From contig NC_045697.1 in the NCBI RefSeq assembly GCF_009834535.1, positions 17,796,001 through 17,860,000 of the forward strand: a stretch of 64,000 bases of DNA, given 5' to 3'. Shown in pieces: positions 25,206-39,159 of the stretch. The notes beneath the pieces were generated by a model. It did no database searches, was not told the origin of the DNA, and saw only the letters and a list, made by a program, of their open reading frames with translations. A program made the position numbers and the translations under genes. The stretch's first letter is position 1. Every line of letters starts with the position of its first letter. The DNA is from Camelus ferus (Eukaryota).

Positions 25206-28200
25206 TTTCCCACCCACATACTCTTCCCTTAGCCTAAAAAAGTTTTCAGGTTAAAGTGACTAACGTTAGCTAGCATTACATTAACATTACACAGGCTAAT
25301 ACCCAGCAGCTATAATCCTATTCTTGTCCTGTCTCTGTTTATTCTACTCTACACTACCTGGATAAAGGGAATAAACAATGCTCTGGAAGTTACAAAGCGA
25401 GTTACCTCTTGACATCTAAGGTGGAGCCATTCAATTCATAAATATCACTAGAACATAAAATTTCCCCCATAAAATATTTACCCAATGATTAATAAAGAAC
25501 AAAATCCCAGTGAAAAGGAGAGCTGGGCTGCCTACTGGAGCCATTCAACAGCTGAACTACATATTCCTGCAGGTCACCCTCAAAGCAGGTGGATTTTCAC
25601 TCATGCTAAGCAAAGTGTATACACGCACTGGGCCTTTGGAATCACCTAAAAGTAGCTGAAAATTTTAGTCATACCCTAAATGTCAAAGTATCGGAAGAAC
25701 CATGGCATAAAATAAATTCTTAGGTTCCAAAAAGATGACAGAACATCCCGAAAGTCAACAATTCCAAAATCCTTAGGTAAGGAAAGTACTTTAGAAGAGT
25801 ATTTGCAAAGGAGGAAGCCCTACTCCCAGAAGTATAGTATCTGTTATATACAACAGGTTATCATCATTTTAACTCATTCCTTTTCACAAGTTTTCAACTA
25901 TATCTATATAGAGAAGGTCTCTCTAAGAATATCTAATTCATTACGGAAGTCAGTATCAGAATGTTATTTGCTTTCTGACTACTTTTATAGAAAGATACTT
26001 ATTCTGTGTAAAACAAGAAAAGACTGTACAACAGTGGACCTGTGTGTTCCCAAATGCCCCGCATTAGTCCATTTAACAAACATCTGATGAGTGTATACTA
26101 CATATCAAGCAATGGATGATAAGAATAGAGGTATCAATGGGCAAACTCCAAGGTGGATGCTAATCTACCAGTCTACCCCAAATCAAGGACCAAGTTTCAT
26201 TTCAGACACCTGATGGTAACTTTTTTAGGGGTGCACATTCAAACAATCAGTTTAATTTGCTAATTAAATAAGTTTAACCATAAAATCATTCAATACTTTT
26301 ATCAGTTCATTATAGCAAATGTTTAATATTATTAGTTATTATTATTTATAGCTTCAATTCAAGAAGAACAAAAGCAGGAAATACTACATAACATGCTTAT
26401 CTGATACTATAATAACAACATATAAAAATTTTTAAAGTTTCTATCTATATAAGAAAGTATACTTTTTAAATGTCTAACTTAAAACTTCGCATAAGTCTTA
26501 TTGTCTGAGCTATTACATATTCTAGTTATTTAGTTTAAAAGAGAAATTTTAGCCAAATCTGCAGGGTGATCAACAAAAGGTACAAAGCAGCTACAATATA
26601 GGATTATAACTATGACAACTAAATTTATCAGAAATAAACAGAAAACTAACAAGTTATATTTTCAAGCTTTGCGATCTGGGATATTTGTGCAGTCCATCTC
26701 AAACTCCATAAAATCTTATCTACCTATGTATTGGTATTAAAATGCTATGACATTATTATGTTTCCTCATCAAGTTTCTGTTATAGATACAAGTGACCTGT
26801 GTGCCGCAAAAAGTGGGTTTTAAAATTGGGTATGCGTCAGATTTATTAGGTTAGTTTTTTAAAATGTGTAGCTGTCTAAGCCACACTCCAGACCTACTGA
26901 ATCTGAACTTACCCTAAAGGAAAGCTAATTTTATGGCGTGATCTAAAACAAAACTCTCTAATAACTGCACAGTACTTTCTGTTTTAGACTCAATTTAAAA
27001 TACCCTTTAAGACTTGATGGCTAGCATCAATTCTAGCCTATGATTCCACCAAGGGGGCCAGTTACTAAATTCATGAGTTGCACTTTTATAGAATAGATGT
27101 CACTTCCTCAGGGAGATCCTCCTTGCCCCTCCCAGAGCTGGGTGGGCTAGGTGCCCCTGCTGGGTTAGGTGACACATGTTCTCATATACTCTGCTTGTCC
27201 TTTCATAACTCTCATCTGAGTTGTAATTATTTATTTAATACATCGATCTCCCTTGACTATAATTTCCTTAAGGGTAAAGACGGTGTCAGTCTTGTTTGTG
27301 AATTTAACCTTATGGCCTACACATAAACATTTCTTTACCTGAATAAATGAATGAGCAGGGGCCAATAATGCTCAAGTAATATGGGATCAAACCACAAAGG
27401 ATCATGATGAATTATGATGGCAGACTAAGGAGTTTGGACTTTGTCTTATGGGCAACCAGAACACAAAGTGGAAGAACTTGAAGAAAGTTGCATCTTAAGA
27501 ATATAATCTGGCACTGCTCTACAACACAATTAGAGTAGATCAAGACTGGGGATCACAAGAAGAGTTAGTAAATTATTGTAACCATCCAGGTGTGATATGG
27601 TAAGGGCTTGAGTTAGGGAGTGGTGGCAGTGGCACTGGAAAAGATGAAAGGAATGTCTGAAACATTATAAAGGGTGTAAGAGGAATCAAAAGTACCAGTG
27701 CTAGAAATCTAGTTTAAAACAGAAAAGATAATTTACTGGTTCATCTAACAGCCAGGTCTACAAGCAGGTAAGGCTGAGACTCAAATGACTTCCAGTTCTA
27801 TTTTCCCTCTTACATTCTCTAGTCTCAAGAAGGCTTTCTTGGCATGGCCAGAAATAAAGCAGCTGGGAGTCGTAAGATCATACTCTTACAGTTTACTATC
27901 TCTAAAGCAATAGACACAGTATCTCTAAAGGATCTATCAAATCTATGGGAAGGACTCTATCCACACACACCCACCTGCGAACCAGGCTAGCCAGATCATA
28001 CGCCCAGCCCCGTGAAAGAGGAGGAAGGGACATGGTGACTGACAATCTCACCAGGTCCACCCGGAATCAGGGAGGGGAGTTCCCTAACAACAGTGATTTT
28101 GCAAAAACTAATAGTGTATACCCTCTCTAAAACATAACTGACTTTTTTTGGCCGAAGCAGCTAAATGTATTCATTGTTTTTGCCTCCTTTGGATATTGGT

Positions 28201-28639
28201 AGACCTAAGTCTTCAGATTTATAGCTATTTAAGATAGCTACATAGCTACCAGGTTAGAATATTTGTGTATATATATATATATATTTTTTTTTTAAAAGTA
28301 CAATTTAGAGGTCTTAAGATAGAGGTTCAGCAGCCCACATGGCTAGATTTAAGCCTATGTCCCACAATTTACCTCATATATGTTACTTCTCTGTCCCAAC
28401 ACTTCCTGTGAAAATGAGGATTAACACCTAACAGGAATGCTGAGGATTAAATGAATTCATGACAATATGCTTAGAGGAGAGCCTGCCACATAGTAAGTGC
28501 TCAGTGTTAGGAATTAAACTTCATCTATACATACATGTATCTAACATAAACAGTATTTATGTAGATAACACAAGCCCTGCATTGAAAGACTATGTTAAGA
28601 ATAATTTTACATGAAACTTTTCTACCCAAATCTCAGTGC

Positions 28640-30020
28640 TCACTCTACTTAACCTATCAGCAGCACTAGACAATCACTCTTTCCCCTCTAATATATCTCC
28701 TTCACTTGGCTTCCAGGACTTCACACTCCTGGTTTCCCTTCTCCTCAGTCTCCTTTACAGGGTCCACTTCTTCTCCCAGGCCTCTTAATATCTCTCTCTT
28801 ACTATCTCCGCTAGTCTCTTAGCCAATTAACTTCCCCAATTTTTTTATCTCCAGCTCAGCACTCTCTCTTTCTTAAACCTTTTTTTTTTTTTAACTTTAT
28901 TACATTTTCAGGGGGGAAGTAATAAGGCTTATTTATTTTTTAACGGAGGTACAGAGGATTGAACCCAGGACTTCATACATGCTAAGCATGCACCCTACCA
29001 CTAAGCTATACCCTCCCCCTCAGCTCTTCCTCTTAACACTAGACTCATATCCCACTCCATACCTCATATCTCTATCTAGATGTTAGCAGACATCTCAAAT
29101 TCAGTCTTGTCTGAAACTGAACTCTTGGCCTTCCCCCCAAACCCACAGGCTTCTGTCTCAGTTAATGGCTCCTCCATTCTTATAATTGCTCAAATCAAAA
29201 ATCTAAGAGTTATTCTTGATGTCTCTCTTCCACTCCTACAATACACCCATCAGGAACTCCCATGGACTCAATCTTCAAAGCAGACCTAGAATTCAGCCAC
29301 TTTCATCGCCTCCAGTGGCGCCATCTAGATCCAAGTCAACATCACTTCCTAATTACTGTAAAAGCTCCTAACAAGTGTCCCAGCTTCTACCCTTGCCCCC
29401 CTAGTTTATTCGCAACATAGCGACCAGAGTGATCCTTCAACATACAAATCAGATCATGTTACTCCTCTATTCAAAACCGTCTAATGCCTCTCTATTTCAC
29501 TTGGAATATGAAGCAAAGACCTCACATGGCCTGGAAAGCCCTACATGAGCAGCCCCACTACTCTTACCATCCAGACCTCAACTCTCAACTCTCTTTGATC
29601 ACCCTGTTCCAACTACACTGGCCTCTTTGCTGCTCCTCAAACACACCGACCAAGTCTGCCCTAATTCCTTGTTCTGGCTCTTTGCCTGAAACACTCTTCT
29701 CCGTCATACACACATACTCCCTCAAACTTCTCCAAGTCAACTCAAATGTCACACTGTCATTACACTAACCACTGCATTTTAAAAATCAATTCCTATCACC
29801 CCCCCACCACATCATCTCCAATCCCCCTTACTTTATTCTTTCTTTTTTCTGTAGCACTTTTGCCTTTATATTTTATGTATTAAATTTCATAATTTGTTTT
29901 ATGTTATTTGTTTACTGCTGGTGTCCTCCACATGAATAAGCCCAACAAGAGCAGGTATCTTTATGTTACTGATTGCTATATTAATGTTATATCCCTGACA
30001 CATATACCCAATAAATACTT
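28640..30020 (+). mobile_element. L2 fragment interrupted by a SINE
   Basis: cacttggcttccaggac.., ccagagtgatcctt..aaatcagatcatgtt and a 3' caataaatact end. Confidence 0.75.
28879..29020 (-). mobile_element. tRNA-Ala-derived SINE (Vic-1-like)
   Basis: Reverse complement of the 18658 element: poly-T, gggggaagtaat, gattgaacccaggac..atgctaagcatgc..ctaccactaagctataccctcccc. Confidence 0.9.
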
Positions 30021-30651
30021 AGTAAATTAAGTATTTACTCAGTGAAACTTACTTCATGCTCATCCTCATCTGCTCTGAAACACTGGTCCATACTTTAGAC
30101 TCTGCTGTTTTAAACAGCCCTGTCGTTATTCAGATTGGTGTTGGGGGCAGGGGCATCAGGACAGTTTGATGGGGGTGGAAATGGATATGAGGCACCATGA
30201 GATTGAAGAAACCATCATCCTAAAAATTTCAAACTTACAAAATGTTTGATTTATAAATCACCTATATGACTTGTGCTGTGTTACTAAATTACAAGCCAAT
30301 TCTTATGATTATAATGCCCAAGGCCCAGGAAGTAGCTATTTTATTTTAAGAAATATTCTATACTCTTTTAGAACTAGAAGTGGTCTGAGATATCAACCTT
30401 TTCTTTAACAAATGAGGAAATAAAATCTGTGACTTCAAGTACCTTTTCCATAGTGAAATAACTAGTTATAGAACTGGCATCTGATACAACTAAACTCTCT
30501 TATAAACAGACAATGGTTTCCCTCATCTGTAACAGGCTTCATCTGTCATCTGGAGAAGGATCCTTGAAAGAATCACCAAGGTTTTTTCTTGGCTACAATA
30601 AAATGATTACTTTTGGGGGTTTATCAAACTGGAGTTTTAATCCAATCATTT

Positions 30652-31385
30652 AATTTTTTTTCAGATTTATTGAGGTATAATTTACACATATGAAAATTTC
30701 ACATGTCTATTTCTATGAATTTTGACAAATATATACAGTCATGAATCTACTCCCACTATCAAGACAAAAAGCATTTCATCACCATAGTAATTCCCTCCCT
30801 CAACCCAAGCCTCTTGTATTCACTGATCTTTTTCCTGTCCTGATATTTTTTTGCCTTTTCCAGGATGGCATATTGAAAAAAACGCAATGTGTAGGCTTTT
30901 GAGTCTGGCTCATTTCACTTGGCATAATGCATTTGAGAATTGTTATGCTGTTGCATATCATCAGTAGTTTATTTCTTCTTATTGCTGACGTATGTATATA
31001 CCACAGTTTGTTGATACCCAGATGATGGACATTTGAGTTGTTTCCAGGTTTTGGCAATTATGAATAAAATCACTATGAATATTCACATGTTTTTGTACGG
31101 ACATAAATTTTCATTTCGCTTAAGTAGATAGCTAAGAGTGGAACAGCTAGTTTATGTGGTAAGTATATGTTTAACTTTATAAGAAACTGCCAAAGTTTTT
31201 CCACAGTTGCTGTACCATTTGCATTTCCACCAGCAACATCTGAGTGTTCTACCCACTTGAGAGCCTTGCCAGTGTTGTCACTGGGTTGTTTTTTTTTTTT
31301 TTTTCCAGATCTTCTCCTAAGATGTGTAGTGGTATCTCGTGGTTTTAATTTGCATTTCCTTAATGAATAATGTTGAGCATGTTTT
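30652..31385 (-). mobile_element. Old L1M 3' region fragment in intron 8
   Basis: tttattgaggtataattt..gatggacatttgagttgtttccagg..gtggttttaatttgcatttcc. Confidence 0.85.
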
Positions 31386-32305
31386 TCTATATCATATAAA
31401 TATTAAGAGATGTCCTAACAATAAAACGCAAACAATTACTTTCCTATGGAGTGAACTAGTGGGGAGAGATGAACTAGAGTAAAACAGGGCACAAAATTTT
31501 TTAAATTTCTGTTACATGTACATAAGGCTACTCGGAGGACCTATCAGATGATATAGATGAGAATGTTTTGAAATATGTAAATGACTACCATAAATCTAAT
31601 TGCTACTAAGTGTTAGAAAGTTACATAGATTAAAAAAAAAAACTGCACAGGGGCCTCTAGCTCCCTCGGATGGGAGATGAATAAAACATCGTAGTCTGAC
31701 CCACCCTACCAACAGTGCCTATCTCTGATTTTGGAGTTGTCCTGAATTAAGCTAGTTTTTAGTGTTGGAGACAAAGTCTAGTTTTCAAGCACAAATGTCA
31801 CTTTTCTCTTCATAGCCAACATAATCAATGAGTTCAGCATTCCAACAATGACAAGGGGTGGATTTATTATTTTAGAATGAGAAGCTGGCCAACCTGTGAA
31901 CTGGTTCTTCCTCCTGTGACTGACATCTCACACCTAAATTAGTATTCAGACTTCCAAAACTAAAAAGAAAAAACTTCTCCCCTTGTCCTTTAAGAGCTTC
32001 TATCCATAAATGATAAATGAATTAAATTTTACTAATACTAATAAGTATTCCTGGTGGAGGAGTTTAAAAAGCCCACAAAACAAAAGCAAAACCACCTGCC
32101 CAAGAGTCCTCAGAATATCTGAACAGACAGGATAACAATGATTGATTAAAAACAACCTAGGGTGGGTCCAGATGAAAGTAAATCCCCTAGGACTGTGCTA
32201 CGTATCCACATTCCAAAGTGATAAACCAACAGGCAAAAACATCAATACTTTGGAGTGCTGTCTTATAGTCAAGAGTATTATTTTATATCTAAAGGGAAAG
32301 CTTAC

Positions 32306-32397
32306 CTTTCTTTCTTTTAATAGCTTCTTGTAGCCATTTGATCCAAGTGATAACAAAGTAATAAGGACATCTAAAGAAGGAGAAGCTGAAGCTCTTC
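32306..32397 (-). CDS. SEPSECS: SEPSECS coding exon 8 ([30 protein letters not shown])
   Basis: Acceptor tttcAG|GA, donor AAG|GTAAG; 92 nt; YPGRAS motif (R313) spans the junction. Confidence 0.97.
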
Positions 32398-32523
32398 CTG
32401 AAATAAAGATGATAAGGTACATTCAGAAGGGGGAAAGCTTTGTGAGCTAAGATTTATTATAGTAGCCTATGTACAAATGGATTTTTATTTGTTAGTTACT
32501 TTTTCTGAAGGGCAACTGATTTA

Positions 32524-32658
<135 letters not shown>

Positions 32659-34389
32659 CTAGAATGGAATAACACGGAGTATCACATATTAATTTCTAGA
32701 AGAAGAGACAGGTGCCATTAATAAATACCATTAAAACAACACACAGAAATCAAAAGCAGACCAAAGATTTTTATTTTCTTTGTAACAATGCCAGTAAAAT
32801 TTTAAGCATTAAACTGCGTTTTTAAATGCTGCTCCTTATGTGTGGAAGAGCACTTTATATTTATAGTTTACAAGCTGTTTTCATACATAAATCACTTAAT
32901 CTTCACAACAAGCCTGTAAGGAAGGGAGGGTTTCAGTATCAGTTCAGGTGGGGAACTACACTGAAACAGAACTTTCCACCTTAAAATTGGGTAAGAGAGA
33001 GTGGATTCCTGCCATGCTTTTCATCTGTGATCTTCTATCTGACAATAAATGTCAACAGTGGGTCTTACAACTATTAAGTAACTTTAAGCACCCTCTGTGA
33101 GTTCAAAAGTGGCCCCATAATCTAATGGACTACAGCCACCCACGCTGCCCATCAATAAGTTATACATTTAAGTGTCTCTCTCTGACGCCTGGATAACCTA
33201 CTACCTGCATGACCACTTTAAGCAACAAGCTCTGCTCCCACCACCACTCGGACAACAAAAGGAGAAAAGAAAAATTTTATTTTTCACATCAACTAATGGA
33301 ATTTTTGGTGCACTCTTGGCAATATTTCTACATAACTTATGCTTCCTAATGTTATCATCTTGGATGATTTCATTTCACTGAAAATGAACTTCAAGTGAAA
33401 ATCCAATGTTCTGGTGAAAAATGGAATACTTACTAGAAACATAAAATTAAGTTCTAGTCCCATGAAACACAGTCTATGACCTTCTGCCTAATGTGCTTCA
33501 ATTTCCTCCTCTTAAAAATTGCGATACTATCTAAATTTCATTGAAGATCGTTTTTTTTCTTTATCTGTAGCCACAGATTTTCAATCTGTGTTCACAATCT
33601 ACATTCCTATTAATATTGTAACCACATTTGACCTTCATCTTTACACTTTAAATCCACATCCATATCTCAGGGAGAATAGAAGGAGCAGATAGGTGGCCTA
33701 ATCTAAGAGACCAGATCCGGGCAATACGTGGAAGCAGCAAAAGCCGGAAAGGGGCGCAGGCTACTCTGGAGGCTATCGCATGACTGTTTAAATCTTAACC
33801 TTCCCCTGTGATTCTCCTTTCTAATTTCCTCATAAACTATGATCAGAGAAAATCTCATCTTATCACAGGAAAACAGAGAGAAGCATACGAAACTAATTGA
33901 ATAAATAACCGAAAACCATGCAAAGTAGTAGCAGGTAAAAATAAAGTAGAACAGCTAGAGCTGCCTTTTTATTAATATTTCAGTACTGCCCAAGGCTTCC
34001 TGAGAGAAATCTGAAGCTAGATTGGGAGCAGAAGTACCAAGAGAGCACCAGACTTTGCTAGAACCCCTTCATCACTAAAAGACAGAAAGCACTCAAAGGG
34101 TAGCAAACTCTGGGGCAAGAAAACAAGCAGGCTGGACCCAATCTCAGGAACGGTGTAGCCCTCAATCCCCCACTAAAGTCTGAGGCTATCAATGAGGAGA
34201 GAAGAAAAACACTAGAAGGCTGGAAGGGCTTAAGCAGAATAGGAAACACAGGAGCACGAAGCCATTTATCAGTTCATTCATTTACTCATTTATTCAAGGA
34301 ACAAATATGTGGGCACCTATCATCTGCCAAACATTGTTCTAGGTTCTGGGCCTAGCAGCAATGAATAAAACAGATCATTGTCCTTATAA

Positions 34390-34610
34390 TAATCACAGCC
34401 AGAATTTACCGAGAACTTACTATGCATCAGGCACTGTTCTAAGCACTTTACATTCTTAACTCATTTAAGCCTTGCAATGACTGTCCAGGCAGATGCCATG
34501 ATAACAGCTATTTTACAGATGAAATAATTAAGTCACAATAAAATTAAAGTGACCTGCCCAAGGTCAGAAATGTAGTTAACAGCACAGCTGGGATTCAAAT
34601 CCAGGCTGTT
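34390..34610 (-). mobile_element. MIR
   Basis: ggcactgttctaagcacttt..ttttacagatgaa..gacctgcccaaggtca..ggattcaaatccagg. Confidence 0.75.
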
Positions 34611-37600
34611 AAAGCATCTTGCTGACAGTCACCCAGGCAAAAACCAAGGTAATCTGGATGAAGAGTCCATGTTTAAAAAATAAAATATTCTGACAGCATT
34701 TCCACGCTTCCAACAACTCAGGCCAAAAGTCTTAGAATCCCTGAATTCTCATTCTCTCATTCCTCACATCTGATTCATCAGCATACTCTTTAAGATCGAC
34801 TCTCAAAGTACATCTGAATCCAATCATTTCTTTAACACCTTAACAGCCACCACCCTGGCCCAAGTCACCAACACATTTCACATGAGCTGCTACAACAGCC
34901 TTCCACACTTGCCTTCCTATAGTCCATTCCCCCCAGAGCAGCCAGAAGGATGGTTTTAAAATATAAGTCACATGTCACTCTCCTGCTCAAAAACCTCCAA
35001 TGGCTGACAATCATACCAAGAATTAAGTCTCAAATCCTTAACACATCTCAAATCTCTTTACTACCTCTGCTGCCTTCATGTGCCCTGGCCCAGCCATACT
35101 GGCCTCCTTGCTATTCCTCACACATTCTAAACACTCTCTGGCCCCAGTGCCTTGGCACTTGCTGTTACCTTCTGTCTGGAATCTCTAATCTCACTTCTTT
35201 ACATCACTCAGGGCTCTAATCAAATGTTTCTTCTCAGAGAGGACTTCCTAGATCACTCCATCTGACCCCGCCCCCCGTAAACGCTAGAGCATTTATCAAG
35301 ACCATCATCCTTATTGTTTACGTCTACTTCTGCTCCATAAGGATAAAGATCTTGTTGTATTTACTACTGCATCCCCAGTGTCTACCCTGATGCCTGGTTC
35401 ATCAGTGGGAACCCTAAAAATATTTTGTAGAATAAACTAACAACCAGGTCTGTGAATAAGTGGCATAACACCTACTTAATAAGCAAAGTTGCTGCTTCCC
35501 ACACTTTGGGAACTTTACAATCCATTCTAACTCTAAAATAATTAACCCAAGTGACTCACTTGGATTTTGTGACTCACTACAACTCTGTCTCTTACTGTGT
35601 CCTAATATCCATATTCCATGAGTCTCCTAAATTAGTCAGTTTAGTATATATCAGAAGTACAGATTCTACAAAGCTTATTTCCTGGGGACTACGTATGCAT
35701 ACCAGAATGTTCTATAAGCTCAGCTTGAGTTACAGCTCTTTCTTCACTGCCTGCTTGATTATTGCAATAGTATCTTCTCAAGAAAGCATTTGCAGTTTTA
35801 GGACTTTGTATTTTAGAGGAAAATAAGAGACTTTGGAGTCACAGTGAACTAGATGGGCCACTTTGCCGCTTGGGACTTTGGTTAAGACACTTAATACTTC
35901 TGGGTTTGTTTCTTCATTTGCAGAATGGAAACAATAAAAAATACACCTTAAACTGTTAGGATTAAGTTAGTTAATTTTAAAAGTCTAGCAGGATGCTTCA
36001 CACATGGTGCGTATTCAGTAAATGATATGTATTACTAATAAGAACTACTGAGATGAATTAAAGCTAATTTAAATTTTTTAGAATGTCCTGAAACAGCAAC
36101 TAGCACTGAATAAGACCCAAATACTTATTTGGTTTACAGCAACAGAGATACCACCTCTTTTTGTGAGGGCCCATCATTATGTACCTGCTTTTTTTCTTTT
36201 AAAGAAATGTCAGTTTTAGAAGGTAATACAGTATATGCAACAATGCAATAGCTACCTTATAAAAATTCATTCACTCATAGTGTTATTTTCTAGTTAAAAT
36301 TTTAGTAAAACCACCTCACAAATGAAGAGAGGTGATGACAAAGTAGGGTATTCGTGATGCACAGTTCCACGGGCACCTTTCATATTGTACCTTGGAGTTA
36401 ATTTTCACTTAGGCTTCATCTCTTCAATTCACCACCAAAATGTCTAGTATTCAAAAATATGTCATGAGCACTATGGGTTAAATATAAAACACTGACTAAA
36501 TGTTAAGGAACCATTAAACTGATCATTATGAAGACTTTATAGGCATGTGGAGAGTACAGAAATACAACGTAGTTTATATTTAAGTTTAAAAATTAAATGT
36601 TTTTCACTACATTTGAAAAAGTTAATACTAAATGTACACAATGCCTATAACCTTATAAAAAGAAATACATACATGCATTTTAAAAAGAGAAAAAAGAAGA
36701 TACATAAATTATTAAGGGTATTTGTTAGAGTAAGAGGCTTGTGAGTGATTTTCTGCTCCTTCCTCACTTTTCTAAACTTTTAGTAATGCTGATATATTTG
36801 ACTTTTAAAAGAATTGAGGCTGCTAAAAATTAAAGAGGAGAAAGGAAAAGAGGAAAAAGGGGAGGAGAAATAAAAATGAATCACTGAAATAAAATGTTTT
36901 TCAAGATTTCCAGCATAGAGAGTTGTACAGCCTTCCTCTGCTACCATTCAAATTAGATACAATCTAGTCTAAAATTATGATTAAGCCTTAAAAGTTAAGG
37001 AATAATGGAAAAGGATATCAAAGAAACAGTAAATAGTCTTACTCCAAAGATTTTAAGAAACCCAGGTGTACAACCACTCCACCTCAGGACTTCTTTTGTT
37101 ATGTAAACTAATCTATCTCCTTATTGGTTAAGCCAATTTGGGTTGGGTTTCTGTTACCTGCAGTCAATTACATTCTAACTGGTAGAATCTTTGCAGAAAT
37201 AAGTCAAGCAAATCAGCTAACACTATCATATAAACATTTATATTAGAGAGAATACTAGTACACTCAAAGCAACAACAACAAAATGATGAGATAGGATCTA
37301 CAGGGCTAAGGAATGTTCACCACCACGTGGGAGACGGCCACCAATAATCTGTGAATGACTCGTGCCCACCTAACACAAATCACGTGTCAAAACTAAATAT
37401 GTGACTACATCAGTATGCACACAGATCATAAAACACATATCATATCTAGATAGTATCTATCCACATCCTAATATAGTATGTTATTCATTGTAAGTAAATA
37501 TAATACTTCATTTATTCATTCAATATTTTCAGTAACCAGTTATTGAGCATCAATTATGTACCAGGTACTGTCCTAAGTACTGACGTAACAGTGAACAAAA

Positions 37601-38716
37601 CAAAGTCCTTTGCCTAACAGAAACTTAACTCTAATCACTGCCAATAACTAGACAATAAACAAATATAAACACCATACCACATGGTGGTAAGCGCTATGGA
37701 GAAAAAGAGCAAGAGGCCATCCATTTCAAGAAGCACCATTATTTTACACACCATCAGGTAAGAACAAATGTTGCCAATTAACATTATAAAACACCACTAA
37801 TGATAAGACACCACTAATTATAAGACATCGCAATTTTAGAGATGCTATAATGTGGAAAAATGTGTACCTTAAAATTGATGAGTAATGGCAAAACAGGGAA
37901 AACAGGACAGAAAATGCTGGCAAGGAAGAAGCAGATGTTATTTTAGATAAGGTGTCTGAGAAAGTCTCGACCTAAAGAAAGTGAGGTCAGAAGCCACACA
38001 ACTCTACAGAAGAGCAACCCAGCAAGAGGGATGAGCAAGAGTGTGGTACATGCAGGTAGCACAAGAGGAAGACAGGAGGCACATGTGCCAGGAGGGGCGG
38101 TGAGAGGGAAAGCAGCAGGAAACAAAATCAGAGAAGCTGCAGCCACCTGAGCACACAAAGCCTTGCGCGCCATGGCTGCGACTCATTCTGAGTGGGATGG
38201 GAAGCCCAGACATACTTTCAAAATAAGAATCTAAATTGATGACTGGGATCTAGGTGATGCTTATAAAAATACAATCATAAAGTTTTTTTTAAAATCTGCT
38301 AACTCCATAGTTATACACTAGAGTATCTATATATGAAGTCATTTCCAGTCTAGGATATAAAATGATTCTTTAAACACTAAATATAGAACAAATAGTACAG
38401 TTTTAAAAAAAAGTACTATAATCCACTGTATTAGAAAAAATGAGAATACTGGCAATGAAACATTCTCAGAAAGTTAAAAAATAAGCTACTGAAGTATATG
38501 TTGGTTCTGACCAAAGCTATAGTCCAATTGCCACCACTAGCAAAGTATAATGACTTTTACAGAATGACTATTATATGCATATTTCTAATGCTCCATGAAT
38601 TAGAGAGTGCTAGATTAACTGTATATATTGTATTAGGCTGTAAGAAAAACAAAGTAATAATCCCACAATATGTTAGAATCCATTTTCTCTTGACATATCT
38701 TTTTAAACTCTCTCAC

Positions 38717-38819
38717 CTGTTGAATGAGGTGCATACACTTTGAAGACTGTACTCCATAAGCATTGTTGACTATATGTGGAATGTCATAATTAGCACAAAT
38801 CACAGCCAGTTCCTCTAAT
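38717..38819 (-). CDS. SEPSECS: SEPSECS coding exon 6 ([34 protein letters not shown])
   Basis: Acceptor tatAG|A, donor CAG|GTGAGA; 103 nt; NNAYG motif. Confidence 0.97.
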
Positions 38820-39077
38820 CTATAAACATAAATATTCAATAGAAAGACATTCATACTGTGCTTTAATAAATTACAACATGAAAAGTTTTTTTAATTGAAT
38901 AGTTCTCCTTTAAGTACACTAGGAAAAAAATGACAAACTGAAATTTCTACAGCAGTATTTTAGCATGTAATTTGGTACCTTGGAAATACATAGCAGGCAC
39001 TTAAGGATAAACCCGGAAGTTTTTAAATTAATGTTACCAATAAATATGGTGTTTAAAAAATCTATATAGATAGTAGG

Positions 39078-39159
39078 TTTTTTTTTAAACAGAGGTACTG
39101 GGGATTGAACCCAGGACCTCATGCATGCTAAGCATGTGCTCTACCACTGAGCTATACCC
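39078..39159 (-). mobile_element. Short tRNA-Ala-derived SINE (head plus A tail only)
   Basis: gaggtactggggattgaacccaggacctcatgcatgctaagcatgtgctctaccactgagctataccc next to poly-T; TSD agtagg at 39072-39077 and 39160-39165. Confidence 0.85.
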